This document shows, in pieces, positions 10,727-21,382 of a stretch of 64,000 bases of DNA; position 1 is the stretch's first letter, and the number at the start of each line of letters is the position of its first letter. The position numbers and the translations under genes are program-made. The notes below the pieces were generated by a model. That model saw nothing but the letters and a program-made list of their open reading frames with translations. It made no database searches and was not told the origin of the DNA. The stretch is from a bacterium (GTDB lineage: Bacteria > SAR324 > NAC60-12), in contig OZ242383.1 in NCBI GenBank assembly GCA_965209155.1, positions 4,128,001-4,192,000 on the forward strand, written 5' to 3'.

Positions 10727-11203
10727 ATGAAATATTTATTAATTTGTATGATCTTGGCATCGATCGGTGGATTTGTTTTTTCGGAAGGACAAGCTGCATC
10801 CGATAGTTCTTCAGAAGACACCGATATAGAGCAAAATTCCGATTATCGCGCTGCCCTGGCAGCAATAAAGGCTGAAGATTATGAAAATGCCCTGGTATTT
10901 CTCAAAAAAGCAGATCAAAGCCTTCCGGAGAATGCCGATATATTGAACCTTCTGGGATACAGCTATCGTCAACTTGGGGTCTTCGAGTCGAGTTTGGACT
11001 ATTATCATCGAGCCCTTGAAATCGACCCTCAACATTTGGGAGCCAATGAGTATTTGGGAGAACTTTACCTGCAAACCGGAGAGTTGGAAAAAGCGCAAGA
11101 ACGATTAGAGGTACTTGCGGATGCATGTTGGTTTGGATGCGAGGAATATGATGAATTGAAAGAAGCCATTGAAGCCTATAAAAAAGAAAAGGGGTTGAAA
11201 TGA
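10727..11203 (+). CDS. Exported TPR protein
   Basis: RBS AAGGGG, signal peptide MKYLLICMILAS, TPR motifs LNLLGYSYR and NEYLGELY. Confidence 0.8.
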   Translation: MKYLLICMILASIGGFVFSEGQAASDSSSEDTDIEQNSDYRAALAAIKAEDYENALVFLKKADQSLPENADILNLLGYSYRQLGVFESSLDYYHRALEIDPQHLGANEYLGELYLQTGELEKAQERLEVLADACWFGCEEYDELKEAIEAYKKEKGLK

Positions 11204-11349
11204 ACTATCTCATACCGGTAAATGACTTGAGCCGGTTATGAAATTCTTGTTTTCTTTGCGCGTAACCAATTTGAACATGGGAACTTTATTGAACGCAATG
11301 AACCTTCCTTTGAAATATTTATTGCCAAAGTCGCCTGAATGAAACCAGG

Positions 11350-12051
11350 ATGCTCGTCCCTCAGCAAATCAAAGCCAATCTGGAAAAAATTCGTCGAGAA
11401 ATCCAAGCGAGCGTACAAATATCCGGTCGGCATACGGAGGAAGTGCGATTGATCGCAGTCTCTAAAACATTTCCTGCTGCTGCGATAGAAGCTGCTATGG
11501 CTGCCGGACAATGGCAATTTGGAGAAAATCGGGTGCAGGAGGCACTCGAAAAGATACCCCTCCTTTCCCGGGACATTGAGTGGCACCTGGTGGGCCATTT
11601 ACAAAAGAACAAAGCCCGTCACTGCCCGGGAAAATTTCAATGGATTCATTCAATTGATTCTTCGCAGCTAGTGGATGCCTTGGAAAAAAGATGTCAACAG
11701 TCACAATCAGTCATCAAAGTATTAATTCAAGTAAATTTATCCCGGGAAAGCAGCAAGTGGGGCATTTGGGAATGGGATGAACTGTGCCGTTTGGTTGAAC
11801 ATCTCTTGTCGTGTCAATGTTTGCAATTAAAAGGCTTGATGACTATGGCTGATCATCAGGCCAATGAAAAAGAGACTCGTAAAATCTTTGCAACCCTCTA
11901 TCAATGGAGGGAACGATTGATACGGCATTTTGGAATTCAGAAAGACTGCACGGAACTGTCAATGGGCATGTCTTCCGATTACAAATGGGCAATTGAAGAG
12001 GGAGCCACTTTCATTCGCATTGGTAGCGCCATCTTCGGCAGGCGTCCCTGA
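11350..12051 (+). CDS. yggS: PLP homeostasis protein, YggS family
   Basis: LIAVSKT, FGENRVQE, WHLVGHLQKNK, LSMGMSSDY, IRIGSAIFG. Confidence 0.95.
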   Translation: MLVPQQIKANLEKIRREIQASVQISGRHTEEVRLIAVSKTFPAAAIEAAMAAGQWQFGENRVQEALEKIPLLSRDIEWHLVGHLQKNKARHCPGKFQWIHSIDSSQLVDALEKRCQQSQSVIKVLIQVNLSRESSKWGIWEWDELCRLVEHLLSCQCLQLKGLMTMADHQANEKETRKIFATLYQWRERLIRHFGIQKDCTELSMGMSSDYKWAIEEGATFIRIGSAIFGRRP

Positions 12052-12102
12052 ATAAAATTTTTATAATCACACCTCATATACCTGTAAATTAGGAGTATAA
12101 AC

Positions 12103-12360
12103 ATGTCTGTTATCCCCTTTTCATTATCTCAAGTCCTGGTTACCATATTAGATTTGTACACATTCATTCTCATTGCCCGTGCCCTGATTTCCTGGATTAA
12201 CCCGGATCCTCATAATAAAATCGTTCAATTTTTATATCAAATCACAGAACCTGTGCTGGTTCCCGTACGCAGGGTGATTCCTCCCATCGGGGGATTGGAT
12301 CTTTCCCTGTTGGTAGTCCTGGTCATCATTCAAATTCTCCGTAATATGGTTCCATATTGA
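12103..12360 (+). CDS. yggT: YggT family membrane protein
   Basis: ALISWINPDP...ITEPVLVPVRRVIPPIGGLDLS. Directly follows yggS. Confidence 0.92.
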   Translation: MSVIPFSLSQVLVTILDLYTFILIARALISWINPDPHNKIVQFLYQITEPVLVPVRRVIPPIGGLDLSLLVVLVIIQILRNMVPY

Positions 12361-12524
12361 TCAGAAAATTTTCGAGGGACAAAGAGCACGAACGAAACAC
12401 GATGAATCCCTCCCAAAATCATTATGAGACATTACTTCATGTTGCACAATCGGTAATGGAAACGATTTGAAAAAAGCTCCCTTTCTGAGAGAAAGGATGG
12501 GGGCTGGAATACCCAAAAAATTTC

Positions 12525-14096
12525 ATGATAGTATATCTTATGCAATACTCGCATAAATGCATTCAATTGGTACCACGGTCTATGCAATATATTTTAAAAT
12601 GGTGGATCGCTTTCTTGACAGGAGTGATTGCGCCTGCCTCGCTCTATGCTGCCGGGACATCATCGACCTCGCCCAACTCTTTACGTCTTTCTTTGGAAAG
12701 CTATCAAGATGGCCATCTCACCGATTTGATAGCCATTTTGTCCCATCGTATCGATCAACATCCTTTCAATTTGATTGCGACTCTTCTCTTTGTTTGCGCC
12801 ATTTGTCATACATTTCTGACGGGGATATTCAGAAGGATTGCGCATCGCTGGGAACATGAATCCCGTCAACAATTAAAGAGTCGAACACAAGATGAACTCG
12901 GGGTTTGGCACGATGTCCGTTTTGGCTCACAAGTCATGCATTTTTTAGGTGAAGTGGAAGTTGTTTTTGGCTTGTGGATATTGCCTTTACTGGCAGTTGC
13001 ATTTTATTTTTTCAGTTGGCACGAAATCGTCTCATATGTCAATGGAGACGTCAATTATACGGAAGCGATGTTTGTGGTGGTGATCATGGCTCTTGCCTCT
13101 AGCAGACCTGTGGTCAAATTGGCTGAAAACAGTCTCCAACAATTTGCCCGTGTTGGCGGCAATTCTCCTGCTGCCTGGTGGTTGTCGATATTAACCGTCG
13201 CTCCATTGCTCGGCTCGTTCATAACGGAACCAGCCGCGATGACCATCTCCGCCCTTTTGCTGGGCAAACAATTTTATCAATGCAATCCTTCTCCCCGATT
13301 TGCTTATGCCACCATTGGATTGCTTTTTGTCAATATTTCGGTGGGTGGAACGCTCTCCCATTTTGCCGCACCTCCCGTCCTGATGGTTGCCGCTCCCTGG
13401 AACTGGGATCTGGTTTTCATGATCACTCATTTCGGCTGGAAAGCAGCCTTGGGAATCGTACTGGCCAATACTCTGTATTTCCTTGTCTTTCGCCACGAGT
13501 TTGCTACGTTGAAACAGACCATTCCCGAGCAACAATCTGTAGAAAACAGTGCCGGTTCGACTCCCGTTCCTGCGTGGATCACCATTGTACATCTCATTTT
13601 CATGGCTTGGACCGTGTTCAATGTCCACTATCCTGTTCTGTTTATTGGAGGGTTTTTATTTTTCCTCGGTTTTGTCCAGGCAACACGTCCCCATCAAAGT
13701 CGGCTTGATTTGAAACCGGCTCTGCTGGTTGGATTTTTCCTGGCGGGTTTGGTCACGCATGGCGGTTTGCAGGGGTGGTGGATTGCCCCGGTTTTGGGCA
13801 GTTTATCCGAAGTTCCTTTAATGGTAGGAGCGACAGTTTTGACTGCGTTCAACGATAATGCCGCCATCACGTACTTGAGTACCCTGGTACCTTCCTTCAC
13901 CGATGAACTGAAGTACGCAGTGGTGGCAGGTGCCGTGACGGGCGGCGGATTGACAGTCATTGCCAATGCCCCCAATCCTGCAGGGCAGTCGATACTTGCC
14001 AAATACTTTGATGGGGGAGTTTCTCCACTTGGATTGTTAGCGGGTGCTCTCGTTCCTACTCTCATTATGGGATTATGTTTCATGCTTATACGATAG
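12525..14096 (+). CDS. Putative Na+/H+ antiporter-type multi-pass membrane protein (DUF1504-like)
   Basis: Many TM segments. GEVEVVFGLW, ITEPAAMT, DNAAITYL, GGGLTVIANAPNPAG. Start codon uncertain. Confidence 0.75.
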   Translation: MIVYLMQYSHKCIQLVPRSMQYILKWWIAFLTGVIAPASLYAAGTSSTSPNSLRLSLESYQDGHLTDLIAILSHRIDQHPFNLIATLLFVCAICHTFLTGIFRRIAHRWEHESRQQLKSRTQDELGVWHDVRFGSQVMHFLGEVEVVFGLWILPLLAVAFYFFSWHEIVSYVNGDVNYTEAMFVVVIMALASSRPVVKLAENSLQQFARVGGNSPAAWWLSILTVAPLLGSFITEPAAMTISALLLGKQFYQCNPSPRFAYATIGLLFVNISVGGTLSHFAAPPVLMVAAPWNWDLVFMITHFGWKAALGIVLANTLYFLVFRHEFATLKQTIPEQQSVENSAGSTPVPAWITIVHLIFMAWTVFNVHYPVLFIGGFLFFLGFVQATRPHQSRLDLKPALLVGFFLAGLVTHGGLQGWWIAPVLGSLSEVPLMVGATVLTAFNDNAAITYLSTLVPSFTDELKYAVVAGAVTGGGLTVIANAPNPAGQSILAKYFDGGVSPLGLLAGALVPTLIMGLCFMLIR

Positions 14097-14099
14097 GGA

Positions 14100-14399
14100 G
14101 TGATGAAAGATTTATCTTATTTTTTAACGTTCCTGTTTATTTTCATGCTTGCCGGTTGTACCGAAGAATCAAGAAATCGAATATTTCGGCAAGCCGATAA
14201 TATCCTTGGGAAAGACTTGATAGTCTCTTACATCGATGAAGGAAAAATTATCAAATCCTGGGTGGTGAGGGACGGCAAAATCACAACCGGGAAGGATGAT
14301 AGCGGGAGGGTGTTGGGTTATTATTATTTTTGGAGTGAAAAAGTCGGGTATGTACAAATTCCCATTGAACGCACAATCATTGAAGAGTATCGACAGTGA
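14100..14399 (+). CDS. Hypothetical lipoprotein
   Basis: Hydrophobic N-terminus with lipobox LAGC. Confidence 0.7.
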   Translation: MMKDLSYFLTFLFIFMLAGCTEESRNRIFRQADNILGKDLIVSYIDEGKIIKSWVVRDGKITTGKDDSGRVLGYYYFWSEKVGYVQIPIERTIIEEYRQ

Positions 14400-14438
14400 G
14401 TCGTCTTGAATTTAAATCTTTTCAAAGAGCATTCTCCT

Positions 14439-15323
14439 TCATTCCACCACATATTGGTCTTCCAGTAATCTCTTTTCGTTGCTATCCCATACGATAACGC
14501 GCAACGCAACGAATGGATCTGTAGATTTTTGCTCAAAACTGGTGGAGAAGGGACGAAATCGTCTGATGACAAAGCGCATCGCTTCACTACGCTTGAATGG
14601 AATTTCTTCACCCACTTCATTTTCACGTAAGGCACGGACAATGACGAAACCCGACTGGGTTTTCTCTCCGGTATTCCTGATATTGAACTGAACTTGAATC
14701 GAATTGCTTTTAACTGTCATCCGGAATTGATCGACTATTATTTCCGGAGGGGTGAGGTCTTGAAATGGAATGCTAACTACGGGGATTGATGCGGACTGAG
14801 AAAGAACTTGTTTTTTGACGTCGGGAATTTTTTGAAAAAGCGCCTGGACGGTGGTGTGGGATTGTAAATTCTGCGCTTTTAAATTGGCAATTCGGGCATC
14901 CCGGGCATTCAAAGTATTTTGCAATTCCGCAATTTCCAGGACGAGCTCCGATTCTTTTACTTCTAAGTCGGTCTTGTCTTCTTTTTCAAAGGCTTGGGGA
15001 TGTTCTGTCACCGCAAGGAGAAATTTTTTTTGATCTACCTGCCGTTCCAGGTAAAGATGTTCATCCTCCAATTGCTTTAAATCACTGCTCAATTGCTCAT
15101 TGGTCTTGATTTGCTGCTCATAGTTGTTTTGCATTTTGGCAATGACAATTCGATAGGAAAAAAATTGAAAAATCGAAATCCCAACGAGCAGCGAAAACAT
15201 TAAGAATGCAAACGTTACTAACAAGACCAGACGAAGCCGACTGATTTTCCAGCTGCGTTTCGGAGCGACAAATAAAAAATTGGCTTGCATCATTGACAGG
15301 AAAGTGGCTTGCAGGATAATCAA
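14439..15323 (-). CDS. Membrane-anchored coiled-coil protein with C-terminal beta domain
   Basis: One TM helix, heptad-rich middle, beta-rich C-terminus. Start uncertain. Confidence 0.6.
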   Translation of the reverse strand: MIILQATFLSMMQANFLFVAPKRSWKISRLRLVLLVTFAFLMFSLLVGISIFQFFSYRIVIAKMQNNYEQQIKTNEQLSSDLKQLEDEHLYLERQVDQKKFLLAVTEHPQAFEKEDKTDLEVKESELVLEIAELQNTLNARDARIANLKAQNLQSHTTVQALFQKIPDVKKQVLSQSASIPVVSIPFQDLTPPEIIVDQFRMTVKSNSIQVQFNIRNTGEKTQSGFVIVRALRENEVGEEIPFKRSEAMRFVIRRFRPFSTSFEQKSTDPFVALRVIVWDSNEKRLLEDQYVVE

Positions 15324-15624
15324 GTTTATCTGCTCTCTGATCCAATATCAAACGAGGAGCATGTAAGCCCTTTTATTATTCGGAATATAGCAGGACTTGG
15401 CTGGTTATCGCAAGCAGGATCGCACCTGGAAATCTGAAGAAGCGTGTTGATTCTCCGGCGCTAGAGGGTTGGTTTGTATACGGTTCATACCAACAACCCC
15501 GGTGGATGGCGAAATGCTTTTCCACGATCAAATTCTCTGGAAATTTTAAAAGAGTGATGGTAAAATTCAGGATTACGTAAAGGTAAGAAGAGTTAAATTT
15601 AAAAGTCACAATGGAGATTCCACC

Positions 15625-17433
15625 TTGAAGAGTGAAAATGTGCTGATTATTTTCAGTATTTTGGTTTTGGCTGTTTTACTGATGAATATCTTCAGTAGTT
15701 CGGGAGGTTCAGACGCCCAGAGTTTGAATTACAGCGATTTCGTCAATCAAGTACGTGAGGGGAATATTGTCACCGCAACAATTATCGGGAATACTTCGAT
15801 CGAAGGTAATAACCTGGATGGCAGTATGTATCAAACCAATATTCCACCACAAAATCCAAATTTAGTGAATATGCTTCGTGAACACAAAGTTCAAGTTTCT
15901 TCGGTACCGGAAGCAGGCATGCCCTGGTATCTCAGCTTATTGATTCACTGGGGACCATTTATCTTCATATTCGCTATCTGGATTCTTTTGATGCGGCGCA
16001 TGCAAGGCCCTGCCGGACGATTATTTTCACTGGGAAAAAGCAGAGCGCAGCGTATTGATCCGAGCAAACGTAAAATCACCTTCCAGGATGTTGCGGGTGT
16101 GGAGGAAAGCAAAGACGAATTAGTGGAAATCATTGATTTTTTGAGAGATCCTGCCAAGTTCAGGAAGCTGGGAGGCCGGATCCCAAAAGGAGTGCTCATG
16201 TCAGGTCCTCCGGGAACCGGAAAAACTTTGTTGGCCAAAGCGGTTGCCGGGGAAGCTGAAGTTCCATTTTTCAGCATCAGTGGTTCCGACTTTGTTGAAA
16301 TGTTCGTCGGAGTGGGAGCAAGCCGCGTTCGTGATTTGTTCGAAGAAGGGCGTAAAGACGCACCTTGTATTTTATTCATTGACGAAATCGATGCGGTTGG
16401 TAGAAGCCGTGGATCAGGATTGGGTAGCGGTAACGACGAGCGCGAACAAACCCTCAATCAATTGCTGGTTGAAATGGATGGTTTCGATGCCATGGAAGGG
16501 ATCATCGTTATTGCTGCGACGAACCGGCCCGATGTACTTGATCCTGCTTTGCTGCGACCGGGCCGTTTTGACCGGCAAATCCATGTCTCCTTACCCGACG
16601 TGAAAGGACGGGAAGAAATTTTGAAAATTCACTCCAGAAAAATCACTTTGACGGAAGGGGTGGACTTGAGTGTGATTGCCAGAGGAACTCCCGGATTTTC
16701 AGGTGCGGACCTTAAAAATTTAGTAAACGAATCTGCTTTGGGTGCGGCTCGGAAAAACCATAAAACAGTTGCTTTGGAAGATTTTGAAAAAGCCCGGGAC
16801 CGGGTATTGATGGGTCCTGAGCGCTCCTCTATGGTTATGTCTGAAAAAGAAAAATTGAGCACGGCTTATCACGAAGCAGGTCACGCATTGGTGGCTATGT
16901 TGACCGACAATGCCGATCCTGTGCACAAGGTGACCATCGTACCACGGGGCAGGGCATTGGGTGTGACTTCTTTTTTACCGGAAAATGACAATCGTGCTTA
17001 TGACATGGACTATTTAGCAGGTCGGGTCACAATCGCCATGGGAGGGCGCGCTGCCGAAGAAATCATTTTCAACGAAATCACCACCGGAGCCAGCAACGAC
17101 ATTCAGCAGGCTACCAATACCGTGAGAGATATGATTTGTCGTTACGGGATGAATGAAACCATCGGCCCCATTGCCTTGTCGGATGACACGCAACAGCATG
17201 TCTTTGGCAGAGATTTCGGCAAAGAGCGTGAATACGGAGAAAAGACTGCTTCTCAAGTCGATCGCGAAATGCGGAAAATGCTTAAAGCCCATTATCAAAA
17301 AGCCAAGAAAATACTAACGGTTCATATTGAAGTATTGCATAAAATGGCCAAGATTCTGATGGAAGAAGAAACCATTGACGGTCAACAAATCCAATCTTTG
17401 CTGGGAGTCGGCCAATACGGGGGAAGTACGTGA
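15625..17433 (+). CDS. ftsH: ATP-dependent zinc metalloprotease FtsH
   Basis: Two TM helices, [32 protein letters not shown]. Confidence 0.97.
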   Translation: MKSENVLIIFSILVLAVLLMNIFSSSGGSDAQSLNYSDFVNQVREGNIVTATIIGNTSIEGNNLDGSMYQTNIPPQNPNLVNMLREHKVQVSSVPEAGMPWYLSLLIHWGPFIFIFAIWILLMRRMQGPAGRLFSLGKSRAQRIDPSKRKITFQDVAGVEESKDELVEIIDFLRDPAKFRKLGGRIPKGVLMSGPPGTGKTLLAKAVAGEAEVPFFSISGSDFVEMFVGVGASRVRDLFEEGRKDAPCILFIDEIDAVGRSRGSGLGSGNDEREQTLNQLLVEMDGFDAMEGIIVIAATNRPDVLDPALLRPGRFDRQIHVSLPDVKGREEILKIHSRKITLTEGVDLSVIARGTPGFSGADLKNLVNESALGAARKNHKTVALEDFEKARDRVLMGPERSSMVMSEKEKLSTAYHEAGHALVAMLTDNADPVHKVTIVPRGRALGVTSFLPENDNRAYDMDYLAGRVTIAMGGRAAEEIIFNEITTGASNDIQQATNTVRDMICRYGMNETIGPIALSDDTQQHVFGRDFGKEREYGEKTASQVDREMRKMLKAHYQKAKKILTVHIEVLHKMAKILMEEETIDGQQIQSLLGVGQYGGST

Positions 17434-17472
17434 GAAGCCGTTCTTCAACTTCCATCCTCCGCCTACCTCCAA

Positions 17473-18390
17473 ATGATGAGCAACCCTCCTTTGAGAACAG
17501 GTCGTCGCGTCACGAAAGTTTCATTTCAGCAGACCAATAAATCCGGTAAACGTTTTCCGCTGAAATTTTATTGTCTCTGGATTTTACCTAAGACTCTCAT
17601 CAGCCGAATTTCTGGAATCCTGGCCGAATGTCGTTTGTCTCCAATCGTGCTCCGTCCCATAATCAAGATCTTTATCTGGTATTATAAAGTGGATATGTCA
17701 GAAGCAGTCCAACCCCTTTGGTCTTATCCCACTTTCAATGCGTTTTTTACCAGGCGTCTGAAACCAGGGTCCCGTCCCATCGATTCGGAACCCAATACCA
17801 TTGTCAGCCCGGTTGATGGCATTGTGGGACAATTTGGCACTATCCGAGGTGAACAACTGATTCAAGCCAAGGGAATGAATTTCTCCCTTAGCGATTTGTT
17901 GGGCGATCCTTCCAGAGCCAGGGAGTATGTGAATGGACAATACATTACGATTTATTTAGCTCCTTACCACTATCATCGTATTCACAGTCCTGTCCTTGGC
18001 AGCGTTCGCTATTGTGTCCACATTCCTGGTTTACTCTGGACTGTCAATCCCCTCGGCGTGAACTTTGTACGCAATCTTTTTGTACGAAATGAACGCATCG
18101 TTTCCTATTTGGAAACTCAAAAAGGAGAATGCGTAATGGTTAAAGTCGGTGCCAATGTTGTTGGAAAAATCAAAGTAGTCTACCATTCCATGACAACCAA
18201 CCTATTTCGGGAAAAACGTACAGAAGTGGCTCTCGACCCACCCTATTTTCTCTGTAAAGGTGATGAGCTGGGGTTTTTTGAGTTGGGTTCAACCGTGATA
18301 TGCTGTTTCAAACCCGGACAAATTTGTTGGAACGACCTGACAATCGGAGATGCACTGCGGATGGGAGAAGTCATAGGCAGGTATTTATAG
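17473..18390 (+). CDS. psd: Phosphatidylserine decarboxylase proenzyme
   Basis: FNAFFTRRLK, SPVDG, YLAPYHYHRIHSP, NER, FELGSTV self-cleavage motif. Confidence 0.93.
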   Translation: MMSNPPLRTGRRVTKVSFQQTNKSGKRFPLKFYCLWILPKTLISRISGILAECRLSPIVLRPIIKIFIWYYKVDMSEAVQPLWSYPTFNAFFTRRLKPGSRPIDSEPNTIVSPVDGIVGQFGTIRGEQLIQAKGMNFSLSDLLGDPSRAREYVNGQYITIYLAPYHYHRIHSPVLGSVRYCVHIPGLLWTVNPLGVNFVRNLFVRNERIVSYLETQKGECVMVKVGANVVGKIKVVYHSMTTNLFREKRTEVALDPPYFLCKGDELGFFELGSTVICCFKPGQICWNDLTIGDALRMGEVIGRYL

Positions 18391-18419
18391 AGGTCGTGTC
18401 TCTTTGATCCAAGATTAAT

Positions 18420-18981
18420 TAATCTCATTAAACCACCAGCTCTGCTGGTGCGAACCTAATAGGCTTTGCCGGTCAGACATGAGAAACGTATCCGTGTCCG
18501 TTAGCCGTGCTCGTGCTCGTGAACGGTCAGTGAATTCGACGGCACATTTTGGTTAACATAGAAACAATGCGATGAAGTAACTGTTTCCCTTCGTCAAATA
18601 AAGGAGGCTGGATGATCTTCAACACGTTTAAAACATCGAGAATAGCAGCGCATTCCATTGCGGAACCTCGGGCAAATGCATAGAATCGTTGCTTGTCAGG
18701 AAAGGAATTTTTTCCACAGCCTTCTGCGATATTGAGAGGAATCGACCATGAGGCCCTTTTCAGTTGGTCAACTAAGGCTGAGTATCCTTTTGGCAATGTT
18801 TCGATGACTTGGACAGATAACGCTAAAAATTCGATGGAACATTGTTATACATCGATTTTTTCATGATCTAACATGGCAGCCTTTTTCGTTCACGAGCACG
18901 AGCACGTCTTACGATGACGAACACGTTTTGCCCCCATCCTGGGGGCCTCTTCAAGCCACCGGCTCTGCCGGTGGTGATGAC
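18420..18981 (+). mobile_element. Non-autonomous IS200/IS605-type element carrying a four-helix-bundle gene (copy A)
   Basis: 562 bp, near-identical to copies B and C. Preceded by TAAT. Left end TAAA + hairpin CACCAGC-TCT-GCTGGTG. Right end CAAG + CCACCGGC-TCT-GCCGGTGG, ending TGAC. No TSD. Confidence 0.8.
18527..18874 (-). pseudogene. Four-helix-bundle protein (23S rRNA IVP-like), premature stop at codon 10
   Basis: Same ORF as 38558-38905 but TAC>TAA at 18845-18847. DQLKRASWSIPLNIAEG and ARGSAMEC motifs. Confidence 0.85.
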
Positions 18982-19082
18982 TCAAATTCGTAACACCGGG
19001 ATGGGGAAGCGTAACGAGAGAACTGATTTCAGTCCATCACGGATTGTTAGAATCCAAACCTTATTTTAGAAAAAGGAAAAAC

Positions 19083-19865
19083 ATGATCGATTGTAGCGGG
19101 AAAAAAGGAGTGGTCCTGGGTGTTGGCAATTCAAAAAGTATTGCGTGGTCCATTTCCAAATATTTACACCTGTGTGGCGCAGAACTGGCACTCACATACC
19201 TCGAAGATCCCAAGGGGCGATTCGAAAAAAATGTTCGCACATTGGCAGATCAAGTCGGAGCCTCGATCATAAGCCCCTGTGATGTCCAACAAGAAAATGA
19301 AATTGCATCATTAATGGACACTATATCCCAAAAGTGGGGAAGCGTCGATTTTCTGGTTCACAGCCTGGCCTATGCTGCGCAGCAAGATCTCGGGAGTTCG
19401 TTTGCCGAAACCAGCCGGGAAGGATTTCTCAAAGCCCAGGAAGTGAGTGCTTATTCTCTGATACCATTGAGTGCGGGGGTAGCGCCATTGATGCGGGTCA
19501 AAGGGGGAGGCAGTATTATTACAATGACCTATATCGGTGCAATGCTTGCAGTACCGAGCTATAACGTCATGGGACCTGCAAAAGCGGCATTGGAGTCCTC
19601 CGTACGATACCTCGCCCGGGAATTGGGTCCGGACAATATTCGCATCAATGCAATTTCTGCAGGACCTATTCGTACACTTTCTGCACTAGGTATCAAAAAT
19701 TTTTCAACACTTCTTCAAGGCGTAGCAGACCATTCGGCGCTTCGGCGTAATGTTACACCGGACGAAGTGGCTCAAACCGCAGCCTTCCTGTGCAGCGACT
19801 TTTCCTCGGGTATTACCGGACAAACAATTTACGTTGATTGCGGTTACAACATCATGGGAAATTGA
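19083..19865 (+). CDS. fabI: Enoyl-ACP reductase (NADH)
   Basis: GVGNSKSIAW, VHSLAYA, YNVMGPAKAALES, ISAGPIRTL. Confidence 0.95.
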   Translation: MIDCSGKKGVVLGVGNSKSIAWSISKYLHLCGAELALTYLEDPKGRFEKNVRTLADQVGASIISPCDVQQENEIASLMDTISQKWGSVDFLVHSLAYAAQQDLGSSFAETSREGFLKAQEVSAYSLIPLSAGVAPLMRVKGGGSIITMTYIGAMLAVPSYNVMGPAKAALESSVRYLARELGPDNIRINAISAGPIRTLSALGIKNFSTLLQGVADHSALRRNVTPDEVAQTAAFLCSDFSSGITGQTIYVDCGYNIMGN

Positions 19866-19904
19866 GAGGGAGAATCTAAATGATTTATCGCGAATAGAAG
19901 CAAT

Positions 19905-20315
19905 ATGGATTTTGATATGAGCGGCTACGCAGAAGGAAAAACATACGATTTCCTGAAAGAAGACACTATCGACGCGCAAGTATTGCGCACTTTTCCTTAC
20001 CAGGGGCCACAACAACGCGTATCCTATAAATTTAAGGAGTTTTCAGCGGTTTGTCCCTTTTCGGGATTACCTGATTACGGAATCGTGTGGGTTAAATACA
20101 CACCTCGGGATCTCGTCGTGGAACTGAAATCTTTGAAATACTATTTTCAAACCTTTCGCCAGGTAGGAATTTATCAAGAAAATGCGACTTCTCGTATTTA
20201 TAATGATTTACATCGATTGCTTCAACCACAACAACTGGTCGTCAAATCTCGATACAATACTCGCGGAGGAATCGACGCGACTTGTGTGGTTCATTCCGAG
20301 GATCAAAGCGTCTGA
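19905..20315 (+). CDS. queF: NADPH-dependent 7-cyano-7-deazaguanine reductase (type 1)
   Basis: EFSAVCPFSGLPDYG, VELKSLKYY, TRGGI. Confidence 0.9.
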   Translation: MDFDMSGYAEGKTYDFLKEDTIDAQVLRTFPYQGPQQRVSYKFKEFSAVCPFSGLPDYGIVWVKYTPRDLVVELKSLKYYFQTFRQVGIYQENATSRIYNDLHRLLQPQQLVVKSRYNTRGGIDATCVVHSEDQSV

Positions 20316-20327
20316 CACGAGATGTAA

Positions 20328-20567
20328 ATGAGACTGAGTAAAAAACAAAAAGCCATCGTTAAAATCGTCCAGGATCAGGAAACGCTGGAGAGAAGGGTTC
20401 TGTTTGAGGCGTTAGAAGGAGTTTTAGCAGAATATTCTCTTGTAAAAGTCGAAAGAGTGGTAAAATCTTTGCAAGTAATATCTCAAAAACAAGCGATTTC
20501 AGGTCAATTGTTAAATTGTATCAGACCGTTAACCCGACCCACTTTTAGCATAGGAGGTCAGGCATGA
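20328..20567 (+). CDS. Hypothetical protein
   Basis: 79-aa ORF filling the gap between co-oriented genes. No motif; may be spurious. Confidence 0.3.
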   Translation: MRLSKKQKAIVKIVQDQETLERRVLFEALEGVLAEYSLVKVERVVKSLQVISQKQAISGQLLNCIRPLTRPTFSIGGQA

Positions 20568-20582
20568 ATAAAGGAGACGAAA

Positions 20583-21185
20583 ATGTCAAATGAAAAGATT
20601 ATCGAGCTTGAACAAAAGATCGGGGAACTGTTAGCGGAACTGAATGCCCTGCGTAAAAAAAACATGGGAACGCCAGTACCGAATTATACCTTCTCGACTC
20701 TGACTGGTGAGACAACACTACGCGATTTGTTCGGCCAAAAAAATAAATTACTTGCCATTCACAATATGGGTCAAGCCTGTCGCTACTGTACCTTGTGGGC
20801 AGACGGTTTTAACGGATTGTTAATGCACCTGGAGTCGGTGATTTCAGTCGTTTTGTTATCGAAGGATTCACCTGAGATTCAGCATCGCTTCGCAAGCTCC
20901 CGAGGTTGGCGATTTCAGCTCGCCTCTCATGGTGGTGGTGACTATATTCGCGAGCAGTCGGTTTATGAAGCTTCCGATAATTTCCCAGGCGCCATCATTT
21001 ATCAGCGCGACGGTGATAGAATTCTTCGTAAAAATTCTTGCGTTTTCGGTCCCGGGGATATTTACTGCGCTCAGTGGAGTCTGCTCGGCCTTGCCGGATT
21101 GGGTGAAGGAGACTGGACACCACAATATTCTTATTGGCAACGTCCGACTAAAATGGAAGACGGTGGTGCCAACCTCCTCGACTGA
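20583..21185 (+). CDS. DUF899 thioredoxin-like protein
   Basis: Strong RBS AAGGAG. HNMGQACRYCTLWADGFNG, RGWRF. Confidence 0.8.
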   Translation: MSNEKIIELEQKIGELLAELNALRKKNMGTPVPNYTFSTLTGETTLRDLFGQKNKLLAIHNMGQACRYCTLWADGFNGLLMHLESVISVVLLSKDSPEIQHRFASSRGWRFQLASHGGGDYIREQSVYEASDNFPGAIIYQRDGDRILRKNSCVFGPGDIYCAQWSLLGLAGLGEGDWTPQYSYWQRPTKMEDGGANLLD

Positions 21186-21382
21186 CATCTTCCCTGTAAA
21201 TCTTTCTGGGATCAAGGTATTCGCCCACCATTATCCCTTTGATGCTTCGTAAAAGTTCATTTTCGAGTACGCACCTTCATTAAGAAGTCATGTCGACCTC
21301 CAACAATCATAAAGCTCTGCAATGCTTTCGTTACATCTTCGCTGGGCATTAATGAAAGGCCAACAAGCACATCATTCACCCA

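Noticed and set aside
15455..15500. Imperfect hairpin upstream of ftsH as a possible ncRNA
   Set aside because: Single copy, weak pairing and no recognisable family motif.
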